From the human T2T-CHM13v2.0 reference genome, Homo sapiens: a stretch of DNA of 64,000 nucleotides. The DNA is taken from NCBI GenBank assembly GCA_009914755.4, contig CP086569.2:6624001-6688000 (forward strand). Reading direction: 5' to 3'. Below, one piece after another: positions 42,417 to 53,472 of this stretch (positions are counted from its first letter, which is position 1; the number at the start of each line of letters is the position of its first letter). The notes below the pieces were generated by a model, which was not told where the DNA came from, searched no databases, and was given only the letters and a program-made list of their open reading frames with translations. A program made the translations under genes and the position numbers.

Positions 42417-42850
42417 TAATGATATGATTTAAATCTGTGTCCCTGTCCAAATCTCACGTTGAATTGTAATCCACAGTTTTGGAGGTAGGGCCTGGTGGGT
42501 AGTGATTGGATCATGGGAGTAACTTCTCATAGTTTAGCAACATCTCTGGTGGTACTGTATAGTGAGTGAGTTCTGATGAGATTTGGTCGTTTAAAAGTGT
42601 GTAGCACTTTTCTTCCTCTCTCTTTCCCTCCTGCTTTTCCCATGTGAATGTGCCTGGTTTCCCTTCACCTTCCACCATGGTTGTTTCGTGAGTCCTCCCC
42701 AGAAGCAGAAGGTGTTATGCTTCCTTACAGCCTGCAAAGCCTTCAGCAAATTAATCCTCTTTTTTTTCTTTTTTTTTTAATAAATTACCCAGTCTCAGGT
42801 GTTTCTTTATAGCAATGCTTGTTAGTAAAACAGAGGACAGCAATTTTTAT
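42417..42850 (+). mobile_element. MaLR LTR (THE1/MST-like), 3' LTR of the element above
   Basis: tgatatgatttaaatctgtgtccctgtccaaatctcacgttgaattgtaatccacagttttggaggtagggcctggtgggtagtgattggatcatggg...ccaccatggttgtttcgtgagtcctccccagaagc...taaattacccagtctcaggtgtttctttatagcaatgc. It is collinear with the THE1 consensus TGATATGGTTTGGCTGTGTCCCCACCCAAATCTCATCTTGAATTGTAGCTCCCATAATTCCCACGTG...TAAATTACCCAGTCTCGGGTATGTCTTTATTAGCAG. Confidence 0.8.
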
Positions 42851-43929
42851 CATTTAACCAAGCAGAATGTTTTTGAGCGAAAAATATTTTTAGGTTTTTT
42901 CTTGGTTATAGTTTTCTAGTTCACTTATGGCAGGTATGCTTATTTTTAAAGAACATTAAAGTTTAGGCCTTTAGAATTTGTTTGTAAAATAGTTATTGAT
43001 TATTAAAAAATAATACAAAACATGTTTTATTTGTCATGATTATAACAGTCAAAGGGAAGGGGTGGGTGACTCTTAAGAAACAGATGTGCTCCTGAGAAGT
43101 ACTACAGTGGCAAAAAATTACTGGTCTAGATAAACAGTATTCCAGAAGTGAATTTTAAAAAAAGTTGAGATGGTAACATACGAGGAAATAATGAATGCAT
43201 TGTGACTTTTCACCTCCCCATACCCATTTTCTCATAGTTTGTTGAGGAGAAAGAGAAATGAGGATGTTGGCCTGATTTTGATTCCCAATGGGTAAGGCTC
43301 ATGCAGAACTGCCCTGCTTTTTGACACTATTATGATATTAAAAGTACCATGTACTTTTATAAGTCTTTACCGTCTTGGCACACTTGCATTCATTTTAGTC
43401 AAGTACTGTCACCTTTAGATTTCAGGCTTGCAGAGTCTTTAAAAAATGCACATTAGAGAACGCAGAGTCTTCTAACAATAAAATCTCAGCTTATTAGGAT
43501 GTTTAGTGACCAGGGTATTCAGAGTCAGTTAGAAAAGTGTCTTTAGAATTTCAGCATATGGAGATGTCTTTCATAGAGAAACCTGGAAGAGTTTGGCAAA
43601 CCCTAGCATGTTGAGCATGGAGTATCGTCATCTGCATGGGCACTCAGACACCTGGACAAATGAATCAGCAGTAAGACAGGATGGAGGGGTTCACAGAATA
43701 CATGCTTCCCACTACCCGGAGCTGTGAGGAAATCATGAGGACTGACTGAGCATTCATTGTACACATGTGCACATGTTGGTTGCTATGCCCTGGGATGTGG
43801 CAGCAAAGAATAAGCATGTGAAATATTTAAAATTATTTATTAGGTGGATTAAATAAGCTCCCAGCACTCAGAAGACAGCCAGGCATGTAACAGGTGATAT
43901 ATATGTGTTAGTTAATATCATAATTTAAC

Positions 43930-44046
43930 AGAGACGAGGTTTTGCTACATTGCCCCAGCTGAACCTGAACTCCTGGCCTCAAGCCATCCTCCCACCTCAG
44001 CCTCCCAAAGTGCTGCAATTACAAGCATCAACCACTGTGCCCAACC
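43930..44046 (-). mobile_element. Alu left-monomer fragment (antisense)
   Basis: gagacgaggttttgctacattgccccagctgaacctgaactcctggcctcaagccatcctcccacctcagcctcccaaagtgctgcaattacaagcatcaaccactgtgcccaacc. Confidence 0.8.
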
Positions 44047-45372
44047 TATTATTATTTTTGAATAACTTTATTTAACCCACTGTTGCCAATGGTTTTGAAG
44101 TGTGGAGCCATTTTTCAGATGACACATGCTAAACTACTGAACAGCCTGAGAAATGTCGCTCTGAAGAGCATGCCTTGGCAAACACTCTCCTACTTAATCA
44201 ATCTCCAGTTGATTGGCTTCCAAGTTCATTTGGTTCTCATTTTTCCTAACAACAACCCTGCAAATCATTACCCCCATTTGATGAGGTGCTGGCTGAGAAG
44301 GCTGCTTGCCTAGGTATGTTTCCCACCTGCCTGTGACAAGCTGTTAGATTCTGAAAGCTGGTGGTGCTGGCCTCAGTTAGCTGAGTGATTCCAGTGTAGG
44401 GTCTTTCGAGGCTGCAGGCAAGATGTCCGCCCACCTAAGGTGGGATGGGGGCAGGAGGGGCTGTGTCCTGGCACCTCCCTCCTGTGGCTGCTGAGTTGGT
44501 ATGGCTGTAGGCGGGGGGCCTCAGTGTTGTACTGTACTGGCCTCGCCGTGAGCACCCAAAGGGATTTTATCATACAAATTTGATTCTGTTTTATCAAGAG
44601 ATGCCAGTAGTACCTCCACTTCCAGTTGTGAAACCCCAAAATATCTCCAGACATTGCCTAATATCCCCTGGGAGATGGCGGGGGATGTGGGGAGGGGGCA
44701 ACAGCGGGCACTGTCAATCCTGTTCCAGAACACTGTAGTAAAATACAGAAATGTGATGCCAATCCCATGCTTTTATTTAGGATTGCATGTGTAACACATA
44801 TGCTTCTGAGTGGGAAAGTAACTGTTTGCTCCAAGCAGAAAATGGTGCATCCTTTGTTGTCATGGGGCAAATGCTTAGTAAGGATTTGACCAATGTAGAG
44901 GAATGCTCAGTGTGCAGTGGCAGCCAGGTAGTGAGCAGATGCAGCCCTGCACACAGCGTGAGTTTGTCAGTGTTTGCCAAGCAGTACTCCGGTATGCAGT
45001 CACTGCTGGCTATGGCTCTTAGGCAGGCAGGCTCCTGGCTCCTCCTTGTGTGTCCATCCCGTTTGTTGGCCACCCTGCCTGCTGGCACTAGGCCATCTGC
45101 TCCTTTTCCCAGGTTCTGGTTGCTCCAGCTTGGCCTCCCTCTGCCCATTCTGTGCACCTTTCATTCTTGGGGAGGAGGAGACTCAGGTAAAGAAGGATAA
45201 AGCAGAACGATGCCAGGAAATTCCACTGCTAGCCAGTTGCCCCAAGGACTCGAATGCTCATAGTAGCATGGTTGACCCAAGCCAGGTGGCTGTCAGCTGC
45301 TGCCTGGAGAAACACAGTGCGGTCCAGCCACACAGTGGCATAGTATTCAGCTATAAAAAGAGTGAAGCCCTG

Positions 45373-45592
45373 GGCCTGGTATGGTGACTCAGCCTGTCAT
45401 CCCAGCACTTTGGGAAGCCGAGGTGGGTGGATCACCAGGTCAGGAGATCGAGACCATTCTGACTAACATGGTGAAAACCAGTCTCTACTAAAAATACAAA
45501 AAATTAGCCAGGTGGGGAGGTGGTCTCCTGACTACTAAGCCTGGAGTTCGAGACCAACCTGGGCAATATAGTGAGACCCCATCTCTGTTTTT
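45373..45592 (+). mobile_element. Rearranged Alu (left monomer followed by a second partial left-monomer segment instead of a normal right monomer)
   Basis: ggcctggtatggtgactcagcctgtcatcccagcactttgggaagccgaggtgggtggatcaccaggtcaggagatcgagaccattctgactaacatggtgaaaaccagtctctactaaaaatacaaaaaattagccagg...ctggagttcgagaccaacctgggcaatatagtgagaccccatctctg. Confidence 0.7.
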
Positions 45593-48500
45593 TAAAAACA
45601 ATAAAATTTTTTAAAAGAAAAATAATAAAATGGTTAAATTTACATTAAGTTATTTTTACCCCAGCTGAAAACAACAACAACAAAAACCATGTAGGTGAAT
45701 GTCCAAGGGAATGTCTATATTGGGCCTATGGTGTGCTGTTCTGGTTTTTCTTATATGAATGGGCTCTGAAGGCTGCGTCAAAAGGGGAGTCTTTAAAGTT
45801 GCTAATTTTTTCCTGATACAAAAAGAATATAGTTTCTCAAAATGACTGCTTTCGAGGAATGCCCCTTTCTAAATTTGAAAACATAGTATTAAAAACAAGA
45901 GTCTCTCAGTGCTTTAGACCGTTATTTCTTGTATTCAATTTAAAAATCCCTTATGGTGGTTTGCAGATCTGCAGAGAAATTCACAAAGCATGATTGAAAA
46001 GTGATGTGTAGTCTTTATAGTTGAATAGGAAGAAACCAGCTGATTTGCATATAGGATGAAATGTAGCTGAGGGTGCTATTGAGTTTGGACAACATTTGGC
46101 TAGACCTTTGTAACTTTTCAGCTCTATGAAGCAATAATTGTGTGAAGAATTAAAAGGTGGAAAATGAACTGCATGTGGCTGGCTCGCATATGCCTAGGTC
46201 TATTTCCAGACACAACGACCAGTGAAATGACAGTGTTGGTGATGCACCAGTTCAAGGAAATATACAAAGACTGCCTACTCACAAATACAGACACCAGCGG
46301 ACTGATACATTGCTTGCACTTGAAGGTATAGAATTAGAAAACATAGGAAAACAGCAGCAGACTGTTCTGTGTCCTTTTCTTTAAAACTATATCTTGAAAT
46401 TTCTGTGCTTCCCCCAAGAACATCTTTAAAGATGACAGTAAAATAACTCCAGAGGAAACTTTCTGAATTCTAATATCCACATGAAAATGTTGCATTTTCT
46501 TCTGATTTTTCACAATAAAAGTATGGCAAACCTCATGAAGAAATGAATGTGGTAGAGGGCTTCTGAAATCTACGTATTAACATTTGTGATCAGCTAGTGA
46601 AATATTCTCATTGATTATATATAGTACATCCTTCATTCATTAAGCTAACTTTTATCAAGTATGTGTTATGTGTCAAGCCTAGATTGTAGAAATGGAACTT
46701 GAGGAAGACAGGACTCTTCCTCCTGTTTGGGTAGAAAAGGTATTATGTGTGTTATGAATGATGTGATGGAAGGAAACACAGGACAGCATTGGAAAATGGA
46801 GATCATCACCCAGAGATTCTGTATTCTACTTGGGGAATAGACTAAACATCAAAATACAGTAATTTAAACAAAATGCATTTACCCCTCATGTATTGGTACA
46901 AAGGCAGACAATAGTCCCAGAAGGGTAGGTGTCAAATCCCCAAGAGCATCGGGGGATCAAGGTTCCTTTTGTGTTACTATCCTGCCTTCCTAAGGGTCAG
47001 ACAGGCTCTCAAGCAACCCCCATGAGCACAAGTTGTATGCATCCTTTCCCAGCTCTTCTCACCTACCATTGGCAAGAACTCAGTAGTGGAACACCCAGGG
47101 TCTGTTAGTGAGGTGTGCTTGTGTGACTGAAAGAAAAAGAGAAGTCTTTTGGGGAGGAGCAGGCCTGGTGGAATCATAGTTTCTAAATCTTTGCATTTTA
47201 TCTAATTCAGTTTTTTGAAGAAATGTACGTAGCACCACAAACTCTATTCTTAACCTACTTTCTATGGAGAAGCAGGCACATGCTGTGTTGTATCAGCTTG
47301 GAGAGCCCCTTCAAAACCTCTCCACATTCAATGTGGAGGGACTGTCACTATACATGCACGGCACACCATGCCAAGAGGGGAGGACTACTGGAACATTAAA
47401 ATCTCTTTTGTATTTGTCACATAATCAGCATTTAGTTGTAAAAATAAAGAGCATACGGCATTTGTTAAAATCATTTCCATTTCATAACAAATATTTGGCC
47501 ATATGTAAACTTTCTTGCTGTGGCTGTTTTTTAATAATGTTTCAATTTCTGTACTAATAATTTGTAATAATAATAACAATGGGAAAATCAGTAATGAACA
47601 GGTGTTGGAAGGTCTGATTTCTCATTTTAATTTATTGTTTCTAGCTATAAACAAATTATTTTTGACATGTTGCATAACCAGAAGAATGTTATTAAATAAA
47701 GTCATAATTCTCCTTTTTGGTGTTGATGACACCCAGATGATAATTACACTTAATGAGTTTAACAACACATATAAAAGATAATCTAAAGTTTCAGGACCCT
47801 GTTATGTGGGTTACCATCTGTTTTGGACCAAAGAATAAGAATTGGATTCCAAGCTTTTTTCTGAACAGCTTGTAATAAGAGCTGTTTGTGTATTAATTAC
47901 TTCTTGAACTATTGTGGGTTTTAATGTTTTAATTTACAAGCAATTTGGAATTTATGACATCTGCTCATATTTTGATACTTCATGCTATTTACCAATTTTG
48001 TCATGAGGCTGTTTTTCCCCCTGGTAATTTACAACCTAATTCTGAAAATAGTAATTTGGTCTCTACCAGTTCACTCTAAGGAGAATTGCCCTGTTTCATC
48101 TCCACTGCAGATTTTTTTTTCATAAGTGAAAGTATCTTTGTTTTATAAACAAAATTAAGTTGCCATTGTGCCTGCTTCTCTGGTGCCCTTTCATTTCTGT
48201 TCAAAGAGTTAGAGATGAATTTAGTTTCACTCTCATTGCTTTACTTAAGTAGTTGGTTTTTTACAAATTGTCCTGGTTATTACTTTTGGTTGGTTTTTGT
48301 TTTTGTTTTTCAATGTACTCTAATGCAATTCATGGTCCTGTGAACCTGACTGTAGAACTTTTTTTTAAATCTCCTTTATTTAAACATCATAACTGTAAAC
48401 ATGACCCAGTGGGAATAATTTACTTGCAGTTCCTGAAAGTACTTCATGAGGTTCCATATGAGTTCACTAATAACAAACACCACTCATAGCTTCGCTGGTA

Positions 48501-48632
48501 GACTTCAAGTATACTAAACCTGGTACCTTTTTATTATCACTTAAGACTATTTAGAGAAAATGGTGAGCCTTTAATTTTCTTAGTTCTTGAATTTGTAGTT
48601 GATAGAGGGTAATTTAAACTCTCTAGGCGGGT

Positions 48633-48947
48633 GGCCAGGTGCAGTGGCTCATGGCTATAATCCCAGCACTTTGGGACGCTGAGGTGGGTGGATCACTTGA
48701 GCCTAGGAGTTTGAGACCCTGGTCAATATGGTGAAACCCTGTCTCTACTAAAAATACAAAAATTAGCCAGGCATGGCAGCGGTTGCCTGTAATCCCAGCT
48801 ACTCAGGAAGCGAGGCAGGAGAATCACTTGAACCTGGGAGGCGGAGGTTGCAGTAAGCTGAGAAAGTGTCACTGCACTCCAGCCTGGTTGACAGAGTGAG
48901 TCTCTGTCTCAAGGAAAACAAAAACAAAAACAAAAAGAAAAACAAAA
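48633..48947 (+). mobile_element. Alu SINE (sense) with interrupted A-rich tail, flanked by 12-bp target-site duplication aaactctctagg
   Basis: ggccaggtgcagtggctcatggctataatcccagcactttgggacgctgaggtgggtggatcacttgagcctaggagtttgagaccc...ccagcctggttgacagagtgagtctctgtctcaaggaaaacaaaaacaaaaacaaaaagaaaaacaaaa. The TSD copies are at 48616-48627 and 48946-48957. Confidence 0.9.
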
Positions 48948-49779
48948 ACTCTCTAGGAGGCTGGATTCATTCACAATCAAATAAATTTTATGAGAAAGCT
49001 GGTAAATATCATTAAATGGTTGGCATTTATAGTGACTAAAAAATAAAACAATTTTTAATATAGAGGATGATTGCTTTATGAGATATAAACCTGGCTTACT
49101 GAAAAATCAGTGCAAATGAACCCTTGTGAAATAAAAATGTCTAAGAACAGTACATGAGAAGTTGAGATGTCAGTTGGTGCCTTTGTTTTCCTTTATTTTA
49201 GAGGAGCCGAAGGAAAAAGATTCTGACCTGTTTCTGTGTTTTTATGAGCACAGTATATAAGAATGGTTATATGCGCACCAACATGCACTCTGGGGTTACT
49301 GGAAAGCTAGCCCCAACAATGGGAAACATCTTGCTACAGTGTGATATCTTCTCCCAGTGGTGTGCACAGGTTCATGTATCAGTTGCATAAGGCACTGTTC
49401 CAAAAACAACAATAAGGGAATAAGGTTCAAGGAACCTTAATTTATCTTTAAACTTAATTTAATTTAAAATTAATTTAAATATTTATATAATAGCAGTAGC
49501 AATAGCTGAGCTAATATTATCTATTTTGAGACTTTTCTTTCAGAACTTCTACAGGCATAATAATGCCTGACTGGTCATTTTAATTTCTCCTTTTTTTTTA
49601 GTTTGCAAACAAAACCCTGCAATCTGTGCTTTAGACTAACACAGAAGTTAAGAACTAATAAGATGTGTTAAGTTTGAGTTAGGATGAAAAAGAAACCTAA
49701 AAGAATGGGAGGGGTGAGAGGTAAAAACACCCTAAGGATTTTTAAGTCTTTTGTTCTAAACCTTTCCCTTTCTCCCTAG

Positions 49780-49868
49780 GCTGGTCCCCACAGACGGCTT
49801 GCCATTTCTATGACTGGATGCTGAGAAGCCTGCTGGTTCAGAGGTCCACACATGAAGTTACCATAAAG
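49780..49868 (+). other. Candidate 5'UTR exon (89 bp) of the same + strand gene; contains a short uORF start (ATG 49818, MLRSLLVQRSTHEVTIK...)
   Basis: Very good acceptor ttttgttctaaacctttccctttctccctag|G (AG 49778-49779) and donor ATAAAG|gtaagcagc (GT 49869-49870). It lies in non-repeat sequence in the same orientation, 3.5 kb upstream of the coding exon. Confidence 0.45.
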
Positions 49869-50889
49869 GTAAGCAGCCCAGCATGCCATTGGATCCTTGT
49901 CCTTGTACCTGAAACATATTTCAGGAGCAAAACTGCATTTTGCCAAAACGCAATCCCTTCTCTTTTAAATTATGTTTTCGGGGAAAGTGGCACATCTTTG
50001 TCCTTGCTGAAATTGAAGCCATTAGAGAAACCATTATTAAATCCTTATGAGCTGCAAAGTCAATTCTAAATGAGGAATTCGCCTTTTTACTGCCTTCTGA
50101 GAATTTTGGATCCTGAATGAGCAATAACAAACTTTTCTGGGTCTTACCAGTCGAGATAACACCTTCTAAAATCAACCTCTCTTGTGAATATTATAATTAT
50201 GCAGGCTTGTTAATTGTAATTGGGCACACGAGTATAGATTTTATTTGACTCCTTTGTCTTCATTTTGTGCTCCATTAGTTTTTTAATATGATTTGTGTCT
50301 GTCTGCGTTGATTTGCTAGTTAACCGTGAAACTTATTAGAAAATCATGCAGATTACTGTGTGTAAATGTGGTGAGACGCTTAAGGTTTCCTGATTAGCAA
50401 ACCAAACAGTTCTATGTGGCCAGGTGTCAAAAGTTGAAACCGATACCCAAACTAAAACTAAGACCTGCACCCCAAAAGTTCTTTTAAAGTTATCCTATTA
50501 CCTTTTGGTACATAGGATTATAGTTTTATTTTACTTAGTTGCTACTTAATTTTCTGCTTCTTTCTCTAAGGCATTTTTAGTTTTTTTTTTTTTAAAACTA
50601 TAGAAATTTGGTAACTTGAAAGCATAAGGATGGAATTTTGAGGGAGATTTTTGCTTTACTGTTTTGAAAGAACCAACTAGAACTAAACTGTAGGCTTAAA
50701 TTTAACTAAAATAGGAAGCTTACTGTTTGAGGTACTTTTGTTTAAAGCAAGATGTACGTATATTGTTATAACAAGTTAAACATGTAGAGGTATTTGAGTG
50801 TTATTTGACTTAAATATTTGAAAGGTGTTGTTTGTTAATAAAAACAAAATTTGTAATATATTAGTGAATTTGAATTTTTTGATTGGCTC

Positions 50890-51280
50890 TTTCATTCAGT
50901 ATAATGTTTTCAAGGTTCATGTGCATTGTGGCATGTGTCATTCCTTTTTACATTAGAATAATATCTCATTGTGTGGCTAGATCATGAATAGAACATGTTT
51001 TATCCATGCATCAGTTGATGGAAATTGGGGTTGTATTTCCCTTTGGGCTACTATGAAAAAGATGTCAGGAATACACATATACAAGTTTTTGTGGGGACTT
51101 ACGTTTCATTTCTTTGTGGTATCTACTTAGAATTGGGTCATTTGGTACCTCTGTTGAACATTCTGAGGAACTATTGTTATGTTCCTCAAAATGTAAAGTG
51201 GTCAAAGTGGCTGTTATGTCAGTCAATATTTTTTGAAATGCCATTGAACCATATTCTAAATGTGAGAGGGATGATGGGAG
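50890..51280 (-). mobile_element. Old L1 (L1M-type) 3'-end fragment, antisense
   Basis: ttcattcagtataatgttttcaaggttcatgtgcattgtggcatgtgtcattcctttttacattagaataatatctcattgtgtgg...catcagttgatggaaattggggttgtatttccctttgggctactatgaaaaagatg...acatatacaagtttttgtggggacttacgtttcatttctttgtggtatctacttagaattgggtcatttggtacctctgttgaacattctgaggaactattgttatgttcctcaaaatgtaaagtggtcaaagtggctg. Confidence 0.75.
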
Positions 51281-52055
51281 GGGGTCCTTTCTCTCATCAG
51301 TGTTTTGACTGGGTATTAATTTCAGTACTTTGGGAACCTAAGCTTCAGTTTAATTCAATCTAGTATGTGCTGAATTTCTCCTGTGCGTGAGGTGTCTGTG
51401 TTTGGCCTTATAAATGACTGAGTGTTTTTGTGGCCTTTCATACCTTATGCAGTTTATAGATGCAGGTGGTAATTTGGGATTATCCTGAAAAAGGGCACTC
51501 TGTTGCTATTGTTCATCAGTAAGGCTGGGAATAACTTGTCTAACATACTCTTTCTGCCTGTGTTGGGCACTGCGGCTTAGAAAGTGAAGGCTTATAATTG
51601 TTTCCTTGAGATGTGTGTGGTTTCAACACATGTCCTCCTTTCAAAGTCATCCATAACAGACCTGGGTAATTGTGTTTTATTGACTCTCAGTCTTAAACTG
51701 GTTGGTAAGATTATGAGGAATGTTCACATTAGGGGCGTTCACCATTGAGGTTCTTAGGCAGGAAGATTCCACACCCAGAAGGGACTAGGCAGTTGTTCTC
51801 TGAAGTAGAGGTGGGAAAATCTGTTGTAAATCGAGAAGGACTGAGAGCAGGCTCAGCAAACGTGGTCTGTGATGGACCTGATAGTAAGGGGCTTAGGATT
51901 TGTGGGCCAGGCAGTTGCAGCTGCTTTACTCTGCCATTGCATTATGAAGGCCCTACGGAGATGAATGAACATGGCTCAGTGCCAAGAAAACTTTATTTAT
52001 AGACATTGATACTGGGTTGCAGTTTGCTGACTCTGACCTAGAGCAACACACTGTT

Positions 52056-53190
52056 TTTTTTTTCCTTTTATGTCTTTTTATTTTTATTTTAAGTACTTGG
52101 GTACATATGCAGGATGTGCAGATTTGTTACACAGGTAAACATGTGCCATGGTGGTTTGCTGCACCTATCAACCCATCACTTTGGTATTAAGCCCAGCATG
52201 CATTAGCTGTTTTTCCTAATGTTCTCCCTCCCCACTCTCCAAACCCCAGTGCCAGCATGTGATGTTCCCTGCCCTGTGTCCATGTGTTCTCATTGTTCAA
52301 CTCCCACTTGTAAGTGAGAACATGTGGTGTTTGGTTTTCTGTTCTTGTGTTAGTTTGCTGAGAACGATAGTTTCCAGCTTCATCCATATCCCTGCAAAGG
52401 ACATGAACTCATCCTTCTTTATGGCTGCATAGTATTTCATGGTTTATATGTGCCACATTTTCTTTATCCAGTCTATCATTGATGGGAATTTGCGTTGGTT
52501 CCAAGGCTTTGCTGTTGTGAACGGTGCTACAATAACATACATGTGCATGTGTCTTTATAGTAGAGTGATCTATAATCCTTTGGTATATACCCAGTAATGG
52601 CATTGCTGGGTCAAATGGTATTTCTAGTTCTAGATCCTTGAGGAATCACCACACTGTCTTACACAATGGTTGAATTAATTTACACTCCCACCAACAATGT
52701 AAAAGCATTCCTATTTCTCCACATCTTCTCCAGCATCTGTTTCCTGACTTTTTAATGATTGCCATTCTAACTGGTGTGAGATGGTATCTCATTGCAGTTT
52801 TGATTTACATTTCTCTAATGACCATTGATCATGAGCTTTTTTTCATATGGTTGTTGGCTGCATAAATGTCTTCTTTCAAGAAGTTTGTGTTCGTATCCTT
52901 CACCCACTTTTTGATGGGGTTGTTTTTTCTTGTAAATTAGTTTAAGTTCTTTGTAGAGTCTGGATATTAGCCCTTTGTCAGATGGATAGATGGCAAAATT
53001 TTTTTCCCATATATATGGCAAAATTTTTTTCCCATTCTATAGGTTGCCTGTTCACTCTGATGATAGTTTCTTTTGCTGGGCAGAAGCTCATTAGTTTAAT
53101 TAGGTTTCTAATTGAGCCTTCCCTGGCCTTAGGAAATAGGTCAACTCTTGTTTTTTTGGAAAACATTTCACCTGGTCTTTTTTTTTTCTT
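52056..53190 (-). mobile_element. L1 (L1PA-type) 3' end: ORF2 C-terminus + 3'UTR, antisense; poly-T 52056-52066
   Basis: gtgtccatgtgttctcattgttcaactcccacttgtaagtgagaacatgtggtgtttggttttctgttcttgtgttagtttgctgagaacgatagtttccagcttcatccatatccctgcaaaggacatgaactcatcc...gtaaaagcattcctatttctccacatcttctccagcatctgtt is the exact reverse complement of the region present in sense at 63630-64000. It has an internal 22-bp tandem duplication at 52995-53040. Confidence 0.9.
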
Positions 53191-53364
53191 ATGTATAATT
53201 ATGGAATGTTTATGTAATTACATAATTACAAAATATAACGCATCATATATTAATTACCTTCATGTGTATAATAGCATAGATAGTATTTTCTTTAATCACC
53301 TCACACACAAAAAAAAGAGAAACACACAGGCAGTGTTTCAAAACTGTCTTCTTTTTTCAAACAG

Positions 53365-53472
53365 AGGGTGGTTCCAACTTCATCAATACCTCATCGCCAT
53401 GAGGTGAGGCTAAGATGAGCATAACCAGTGACGAGGTGAACTTTCTGGTTTATCGGTATCTCCAGGAGTCAG
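53365..53472 (+). other. TBL1Y: Complete exon containing the TBL1-family start codon (5'UTR portion 53365-53414 plus CDS 53415-53472)
   Basis: Acceptor with a polypyrimidine tract, ctgtcttcttttttcaaacag|AGGGTGG (AG at 53363-53364). Consensus donor cag|gtaaga at 53472/53473. Confidence 0.7.
53415..53472 (+). CDS. TBL1Y: First coding exon (start codon) of a transducin-beta-like 1 family gene; encodes MSITSDEVNFLVYRYLQES + first base of Gly codon (LisH motif N-terminus)
   Basis: ATG at 53415 in an aagATGA context (A at -3). The translation MSITSDEVNFLVYRYLQES(G) matches the TBL1X/TBL1Y N-terminus exactly; TBL1XR1 has MSISS. The donor is tcag|gtaagagg at 53472/53473. An in-frame upstream TGA at 53400-53402 and Asn where TBL1X has His (as recalled) favour the Y paralog, but TBL1X is not excluded. 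Confidence 0.7.

Noticed and set aside
44400-44530. Locally GC-rich patch (possible promoter/CpG island for the downstream exons)
   Set aside because: It has only a handful of CpGs over about 130 bp and does not approach CpG-island density. No TATA/Inr arrangement is evident.
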